DNA of 32,000 bases, taken from the NCBI GenBank assembly GCA_000025185.1, contig CP001848.1, forward strand, positions 5,760,001-5,792,000, read 5' to 3'. Both the position numbers and the translations under genes were made by a program. The DNA is from Pirellula staleyi DSM 6068 (GTDB lineage: Bacteria; Planctomycetota; Planctomycetia; Pirellulales; Pirellulaceae). Below the pieces are notes generated by a model. That model made no database searches. It had not been told where the DNA came from and was given only the letters and a program-made list of their open reading frames with translations. Shown piece by piece: positions 26,884-32,000 of the stretch (its first letter is position 1; the number at the start of each line of letters is the position of its first letter).

Positions 26884-28433
26884 GTCCCGGGCCTCAACAC
26901 AATTTCCCGTTGTTCTTCGCTGAACTCCTGCTTGAGGACGCCTGCAGCCACATACTCGAAGACCTTGTTCTTGACGGTCTCATAATCTGGCTCGGCGAAA
27001 TCCTGCTCCACGATGGACCAGATCTTTGCGAAGCTGAATGGGGGCTGGAGAATCTGGCTCAGCGTGCGGTACTTGAAGAAGTCTTCGGACCAAGGGAGCG
27101 GCTCAGCCTGTTCTCCCTCCAGCTTCTTTTCCATCGCCAGCAACTGCTTTTCGATATCCGCCGGGGCGATGAAGCTGCCGGGCCGCGTGTAGCGTCCTTC
27201 TGCGACGGTTGGTTGCGGCGCTGGTGAAACGATCGGTGATTCCGCTGCGGGGCCGAGTTGGAGTCGACTCAGATCCAGTTCACCGCGAAAGGCTCGCTGT
27301 TGGAGGGATGAAAACAACTTGTCCAGCAGCTTCCCGTTCTCTGTCTTGTCGAGCGTCAACTGACGCAAGTCTCGTGCAATGCGAGAAAACTCCTGCTGGA
27401 GGTCCAATTCTGGGGCCAGCGCGGGAAGCGGACGCAGCCTTTCCAAATTGAGGTTTGCGCGAGCAGCGTCAGGCGCGAGTTCCTTTAGTCTGGGTTTCCA
27501 TAGACGCAGAAGGAACTCAAGGAACTCCGATGTCGCCTTGGTCGGATACGGCGTAACTCCTATGATGCTATCAGGGCAATAGACGGGTGTCTCGACGATG
27601 GCGGTCTCACCAAGTGTGGCACCCACGATCGCGATGACAACAGTCCCCGGTTGAAACTCTCGGCTGACCCGAATTCCCTTCTCGTTGAGAGTCTGCGTCC
27701 AACCTGTGATTCGTCCTTTGCTGCGGGTAATGTCGCCGGTCTGAATAAAGGGGAAATCGCCACTGTAGTAGGAAGGATCGTTCCTCGGTCGCGGAGTGAA
27801 TTTCCCTCGTTCCAACTTCGCCAAGTTTTCCAAATCGTCGGTCGGCAGATTCTTGGGATTCCCAACCGGATCGCCGAACATGCTGAGGAAGACGGATTGC
27901 AGGAGCTTCTCGGTGAGTTGCAGCGATTCCTGGCGCTGGCGGCGGAGGGCATCGGCCTTGTCCAACACCGCCGCAATCCGCCGTTGCTCGTCCAGCGGCG
28001 GAACAGGGATTTCAATCTCCGCAACTGCTGCCGGTCTCGCTCGCTTGAGTGACCCACCAACTCCGGCGACCGTTTGCAGAAATGCCTTATGGAACTCATC
28101 GCCCACGAGGACTTTCGAGAGGTATCCTGCATCAACACGGTGAGTACGAAACACTATCCACTCACCTGATCCAATCATCCGATGTGTGGATAGTGTCTTA
28201 CCAACTACCCAGCAACGACGGATGTGTGGCACAATCTTCGAAAGAAGTACGTCTCCTGGCTGCAGAATCTGTTTCGATGAGCCAATTTCGCTTCCAAGCA
28301 ACTCTTCTGGAGCACCGTTGTCAAATGCAGGGATGCTGTAAAGCGAGAAGCGTTCACTCGGTGATTTGTCCGGATTGACCGTTCCCGTCTTGCGTGCCAA
28401 CAGGTCTCCGACTTTGATTCGTCTCCATTTCAT
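26880..28433 (-). CDS. hsdS: Type I restriction-modification specificity subunit HsdS, with a ~131-aa C-terminal extension
   Basis: There are two target-recognition-like halves. They are separated by the conserved coiled regions PPLDEQRRIAAVLDKADALRRQRQESLQLTEKLLQSVF and LQQEFSRIARDL...LFSSLQQRAFRGEL. The start overlaps the hsdM stop (ATGA at 28430-28433). Confidence 0.9.
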   Translation of the reverse strand: MKWRRIKVGDLLARKTGTVNPDKSPSERFSLYSIPAFDNGAPEELLGSEIGSSKQILQPGDVLLSKIVPHIRRCWVVGKTLSTHRMIGSGEWIVFRTHRVDAGYLSKVLVGDEFHKAFLQTVAGVGGSLKRARPAAVAEIEIPVPPLDEQRRIAAVLDKADALRRQRQESLQLTEKLLQSVFLSMFGDPVGNPKNLPTDDLENLAKLERGKFTPRPRNDPSYYSGDFPFIQTGDITRSKGRITGWTQTLNEKGIRVSREFQPGTVVIAIVGATLGETAIVETPVYCPDSIIGVTPYPTKATSEFLEFLLRLWKPRLKELAPDAARANLNLERLRPLPALAPELDLQQEFSRIARDLRQLTLDKTENGKLLDKLFSSLQQRAFRGELDLSRLQLGPAAESPIVSPAPQPTVAEGRYTRPGSFIAPADIEKQLLAMEKKLEGEQAEPLPWSEDFFKYRTLSQILQPPFSFAKIWSIVEQDFAEPDYETVKNKVFEYVAAGVLKQEFSEEQREIVLRPGT

Positions 28434-30094
28434 CCCAGGATCTCCTGCAACTCCGAGATCCCTTGCTGAATCTTGTCTTCCAATGCCTTTAATTGCTGGA
28501 GAAGAGACTTCGGATCTTCATGTTCCGTTTCATCATGCTCCACCTCGCCATAGCGGTTGAACGAAAGGTCGTACGTCTTCTCGCGAATCTCTTCCACCGG
28601 AACAAAGAAGCAATTCGATTTCCTGTCTCCTTTTTCCTTGGGGTTTCTAGCGTTCCATTTTTCGACAACGTCTGGCAGTTCGCTTCCGTCGACTCGCGTG
28701 CGACGATCATCGAGTGTCATCCCGTCGTTCGCCAGGTTGTAGAACCACGTGTGCTGCGTCTTGCCGCTGCGTGTGAAAACGAGAATCGCCGTGGCAACCC
28801 CGGCATAGGGTTTGAACACTCCACTGGGAAGAGATATCACGGCCTTGAGTTCCGCCTCTTCCACCAGCTTCTTGCGGGCTTCGACGAAGGCACCGGCGGC
28901 ACCGAATAGCACTCCTTGCGGCACGATGATGCCTGCCGTTCCCCCTTTCTTGAGCAACGTGAAGATGCGCTCGGTGAAGAGGAGTTCGGTCTTGGTGGTC
29001 TTCAGCGTCAGACCTTCGTTGATGTCTCCTTTGTCAATGCTACCTGTGAACGGCGGATTGGCCATCACGATGTCGTATTCCATTTCCTCAGTGAAACTCT
29101 TGCTGAGCGTGTCTTGGTAATCGACATGTGGATTGTCGATGCCGTGCATCATCAGGTTCATCAAAGCCAGCCGAACCATTGTGCTGTCGAAATCGAACCC
29201 GTAGAGGCTTTGCTCCAGAATGTCCTTCTTGTTCTGGTCAAGTTGGCCGCTGACACTGGTGCGGATGAAGCCATCTTCGTCCGGCTCGAACTTCTGCTTC
29301 TTGACTTTCTTCCGCGCAAGCTGGGTGACGATGTACTGATAGGCATCGAGCAGAAAGCCAGCCGTGCCGCAGGCGGGATCGCAAATACGATGACCAAGCT
29401 GGGGATTCACCAGCTCGCTGATCAGCTTGATGATGTGCCGAGGGGTGCGAAACTGGCCGTTCTTGCCCGCACTGCTGATTTCGTTCAGCAGCATCTCGTA
29501 GACATCGCCCTGGATGTCCTGAAAAAGGTGCCCTTGCTCCCGAGCATCGAGTTCGATCTCGACGAAGATCTCTTCGATGATCTGCACCGCCCCCTGCAGC
29601 AGGTTGGCGCTGGGGATGATGAAGACGGCGTTCGCCATGTGTTTGGCGAAATTGCTGCCGTCGCCATTGAGTTCCTTGATGAAGGGGAAAACTTTTTGCT
29701 GCACATGCGGCAACATCTCGTCGGCCTTCATCTGTCGGAAGTGACTCCAGCGGAGCGTGGCCTTGTCGATGGCGAGCCGTTTGCGTTCGCTTTTCACTTC
29801 CGCCTCCCGCGCTTTCTTCTGAGCGGCGGATTCTCCGGCTTTCGGCTTGGACATCTCCTCGATGCGAGAACGGTCATTCGGCAGGAAATAGTCGCCGGAA
29901 AATCGCGATGTGTAGGTATCGCCAGTGAATTCGGCATCCTGTTCCCGCTTGAGATCAAGCTCGTCAATCTGCTTCATGAACAGCAGGTAGGTGATCTGCT
30001 CAATCGCGGAAAGCGGATTGGAAATGCCGCCAGACCAGAATCGGTCCCACAGCTTAGCGATCAGAGCCTTGAGCTTGGCGTTGATTTGCAGCAT
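28430..30094 (-). CDS. hsdM: Type I restriction-modification DNA methyltransferase subunit HsdM (N6-adenine)
   Basis: HsdM N-domain (LWDRFWSGGISNPLSAIEQITYLLFMK), GQFRTPRHI, motif I CDPACGTAGFLL, motif IV VMANPPFTG. Confidence 0.95.
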   Translation of the reverse strand: MLQINAKLKALIAKLWDRFWSGGISNPLSAIEQITYLLFMKQIDELDLKREQDAEFTGDTYTSRFSGDYFLPNDRSRIEEMSKPKAGESAAQKKAREAEVKSERKRLAIDKATLRWSHFRQMKADEMLPHVQQKVFPFIKELNGDGSNFAKHMANAVFIIPSANLLQGAVQIIEEIFVEIELDAREQGHLFQDIQGDVYEMLLNEISSAGKNGQFRTPRHIIKLISELVNPQLGHRICDPACGTAGFLLDAYQYIVTQLARKKVKKQKFEPDEDGFIRTSVSGQLDQNKKDILEQSLYGFDFDSTMVRLALMNLMMHGIDNPHVDYQDTLSKSFTEEMEYDIVMANPPFTGSIDKGDINEGLTLKTTKTELLFTERIFTLLKKGGTAGIIVPQGVLFGAAGAFVEARKKLVEEAELKAVISLPSGVFKPYAGVATAILVFTRSGKTQHTWFYNLANDGMTLDDRRTRVDGSELPDVVEKWNARNPKEKGDRKSNCFFVPVEEIREKTYDLSFNRYGEVEHDETEHEDPKSLLQQLKALEDKIQQGISELQEILG

Positions 30095-30097
30095 GAG

Positions 30098-32000
30098 TTA
30101 GGCAACCAGACTTTCGGTAAGGGCGAGGATTTCATTGATTTCTTTGGGCGAGAAGATGCCGCGAATCCCGCTGGGATGAATGACGGTAAACGGGGCTTGG
30201 ATCAGGTCTCGCTTCTCGATGCCACCCCGTTCAATCAGAAAATCACGCAGCAACCGCAGGAACTGAAGCTGATGGCTGTTGAGTGTGGGGTGCTCGGCAA
30301 TGAACTGATCGATCGACTTGGAAACCGTATCCGGGAAGCTCTCCAGGATTTCAATTCCCAGAATATGGCGGATGAACCGAATGAACGAAGCCCGCTGATG
30401 GTGATAGACTCGGCGAAGCAACTGCAACGTGATGTGCGGGTGCTCTTCGTGCAGTTGCGTGGCCAGGTCTTCGGCCTCGTCATCGGTGACGTTCTGGCCG
30501 TCGCGAATCTTCTGCAAGATGGGATTGCTGGCGGTCAGTTCGTTGACCTTCTCTTCGACCAGCTTGCGGTACTGGGCAATGCTGAGCGACTCGTGCTCCG
30601 GGCCGAACTCCACGTACTCCTTGGCTGTCAGGACGTCGGCAAAGTTGAACTTGGCGGGGCCATCGCTGGAACCTCGCCCATCCCGGTAGTGCATCAGGGG
30701 ACCAAGTCGCTTCACGAGATCGTCGAACCCTAGATCGGTGATTGTCGCCCAATAGTGATTGGTCTGAGCTTTCTGAATCAGCCCCGCTTCCTGTGCGACG
30801 ACATTAACAGAAAGGGGCAATTCACTGACCTGTGCGGTTAGGCTTTCCGTCAGGGCGGCGTACTTCTCCTTTTCGCCCTTGAGCTGTGCGAGAGAGGCTT
30901 CGAGCACGTCTTTCTCGAATCGCATCGCTTTGAAATCGACCTGCGAAACAACACGGAACAGCGGTTGGACTGCGTGGCGAAGGAACGCGATGCCATCCGC
31001 TGTCAACGGCAGCCAGAAAGCATCGGCCTCGCATTTCGCCAGATTGGCTTTCGATTCCATGATGGAGACTGATTTGCCCGGCAAAGCTGCGATTTGGCCA
31101 CGAAGGGCGGCGATCTCTTTGTCCGCTACTGACGACTGACCAAGAACCTGAGCGGCTTCAATCTTGTCGATGCGAGCGCCAACCAGTCGAACCGGCAGCG
31201 GAACCTGAGGCTTGGGTTCTTTCCCTTTCGGGGTGAGCTGGAAGTAATCGAAGTTGTCCCAGCAATCGATGATCTGGAAGACATCCTTCTCGGGACACCA
31301 TGCCTTGATTTTGTTGGATTCCAGGAGTCGCGTGCCGCGACCAATCATCTGCCAAAACTTGGTGTACGAGAAAACCGGCTTCGCAAAGACGAGGTTGACG
31401 ATTTCACGAACGTCGATGCCGGTATCGAGCATGTCGACGCTGATCGCCACTCGGGGCATGTCGCTGCGAGTGAACTGGTCCAGCAATCCGCCCTTGCCAT
31501 AGACGCGAGGATCGTCAGAAACCATGACCTTGGCGAGTTCGCCTTTGTATTCCGGATAGAGTGAATCAAAGATGCGTTCGATGCGTCGAGCGTGGGCGAC
31601 CGACATGCAGAAGAAAATCGTCTTGCCGGGAAGAACGCCATTCGGGTCCTTGATGGATTCCTCCATGAACTCCTTCACGATGAGGGCGTTCGTGGCGTGG
31701 TTCGTGACCTTCTTTTCGAGGTCGGTCCCTTCGTAGACGATTTCCTCGATGTCCTTACCTTCGAGGATGAGCCGTTTCTGATCCTCCAGGCTGATGGTGC
31801 GTTTGCTGATGCCTTCGTCCTGGAACTTGGTTTTGATCTTCAGGACACGGAAGTCGCAGAGGTACGGTGGGACGTGATTGATGGCTTCATCGTAGGAAAA
31901 CGCGAAGCTGGGGAGACCGTCCTCGCAGTGGAATACGGCAAACGTGTTGTGGTCGATGACATCGCGAGGCGTTGCTGTCAGACCTAGTATAATTGAATGA
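30098..32000 (-). CDS. hsdR: Type I restriction endonuclease subunit HsdR, C-terminal ~634 aa (5' end beyond the window)
   Basis: My translation upstream of the track GTG stays open to the window edge and contains helicase motif III, ILGLTATP (TATP at 31967-31978). Downstream lie KTIFFC (motif IV), VDMLDTGIDV (V) and QMIGRGTR (VI), plus an EcoEI-R-type C-terminal helical tail. Only a 3-nt spacer precedes hsdM. Confidence 0.9.
   Translation of the reverse strand, partial: HSIILGLTATPRDVIDHNTFAVFHCEDGLPSFAFSYDEAINHVPPYLCDFRVLKIKTKFQDEGISKRTISLEDQKRLILEGKDIEEIVYEGTDLEKKVTNHATNALIVKEFMEESIKDPNGVLPGKTIFFCMSVAHARRIERIFDSLYPEYKGELAKVMVSDDPRVYGKGGLLDQFTRSDMPRVAISVDMLDTGIDVREIVNLVFAKPVFSYTKFWQMIGRGTRLLESNKIKAWCPEKDVFQIIDCWDNFDYFQLTPKGKEPKPQVPLPVRLVGARIDKIEAAQVLGQSSVADKEIAALRGQIAALPGKSVSIMESKANLAKCEADAFWLPLTADGIAFLRHAVQPLFRVVSQVDFKAMRFEKDVLEASLAQLKGEKEKYAALTESLTAQVSELPLSVNVVAQEAGLIQKAQTNHYWATITDLGFDDLVKRLGPLMHYRDGRGSSDGPAKFNFADVLTAKEYVEFGPEHESLSIAQYRKLVEEKVNELTASNPILQKIRDGQNVTDDEAEDLATQLHEEHPHITLQLLRRVYHHQRASFIRFIRHILGIEILESFPDTVSKSIDQFIAEHPTLNSHQLQFLRLLRDFLIERGGIEKRDLIQAPFTVIHPSGIRGIFSPKEINEILALTESLVA

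Larger units (their letters stand above)
17355..32000. mobile_element. Putative integrated genomic island (defence/R-M cargo). The left end is the tRNA-Asp fragment and the right end lies beyond the window.
   Basis: Inference from: the tRNA 3' fragment orientation (an intact tRNA is expected at higher coordinates); a transposase remnant; a DUF932 gene typical of ICEs and plasmids; R-M plus ATPase/HNH cargo; and visibly lower GC in 19.3-26.9 kb than in the left half. Confidence 0.4.

Noticed and set aside
28916-30733. 605-aa plus-strand ORF, the second longest in the window
   Set aside because: It is entirely antisense to hsdM and hsdR, both of which have unmistakable motifs on the minus strand. 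It crosses their gene junction and has low-complexity, motif-free content. It is a typical spurious antisense ORF in GC-rich coding DNA.
1-32000. CRISPR arrays, rRNA genes and large (over 100 bp) exact repeats
   Set aside because: I scanned by eye for regularly spaced direct repeats and for conserved rRNA strings and found none. The only repeats seen are the short ones listed as features.

Overview
This is a 32-kb window from a GC-rich bacterial chromosome. Hand-counted 60-nt lines give about 62% GC inside the large TPR gene and about 27-35% GC at 22201-22380. The gene content (a giant TPR protein, many exported hydrolases) is reminiscent of Planctomycetota-like genomes, but that is an unverifiable guess.

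Left half (1-16.4 kb), ordinary or accessory chromosome:
- hisH-hisA on the minus strand.
- An exported SASA/DUF303-type carbohydrate esterase.
- A 1,894-aa TPR protein with an embedded C39-like cysteine-peptidase domain.
- A DUF2293 gene.
- An exported alpha/beta hydrolase.
- A 55-aa SEC-C-motif protein.
- A 698-aa protein with a C-terminal TerD-like domain.
- A decayed second copy of the DUF2293 gene.
- A lipoprotein-type SAM methyltransferase.
- An AraC regulator.

Right half (16.5-32 kb), mobile DNA and defence:
- A 5'-truncated tyrosine recombinase.
- A 42-nt 3' fragment of tRNA-Asp(GUC), a candidate att site.
- An overlapping gene pair: a hypothetical protein and a DnaX/clamp-loader-like AAA+ ATPase.
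- A frameshifted DDE transposase remnant.
- An AT-rich stretch with two small orphan ORFs and a DUF932 gene.
- A tightly coupled five-gene minus-strand operon, hsdR-hsdM-hsdS-ABC-type ATPase-HNH nuclease. It runs off the right edge of the window.

I found no CRISPR array, no rRNA and no intact tRNA.

The candidates most worth follow-up are:
- The ATPase+HNH pair welded onto the type I R-M operon.
- The clamp-loader-like module at the island edge.
- The orphan ORFs upstream of DUF932.
- The SEC-C/TerD-like locus.

All family assignments come from motif recognition by eye. No database search was possible.
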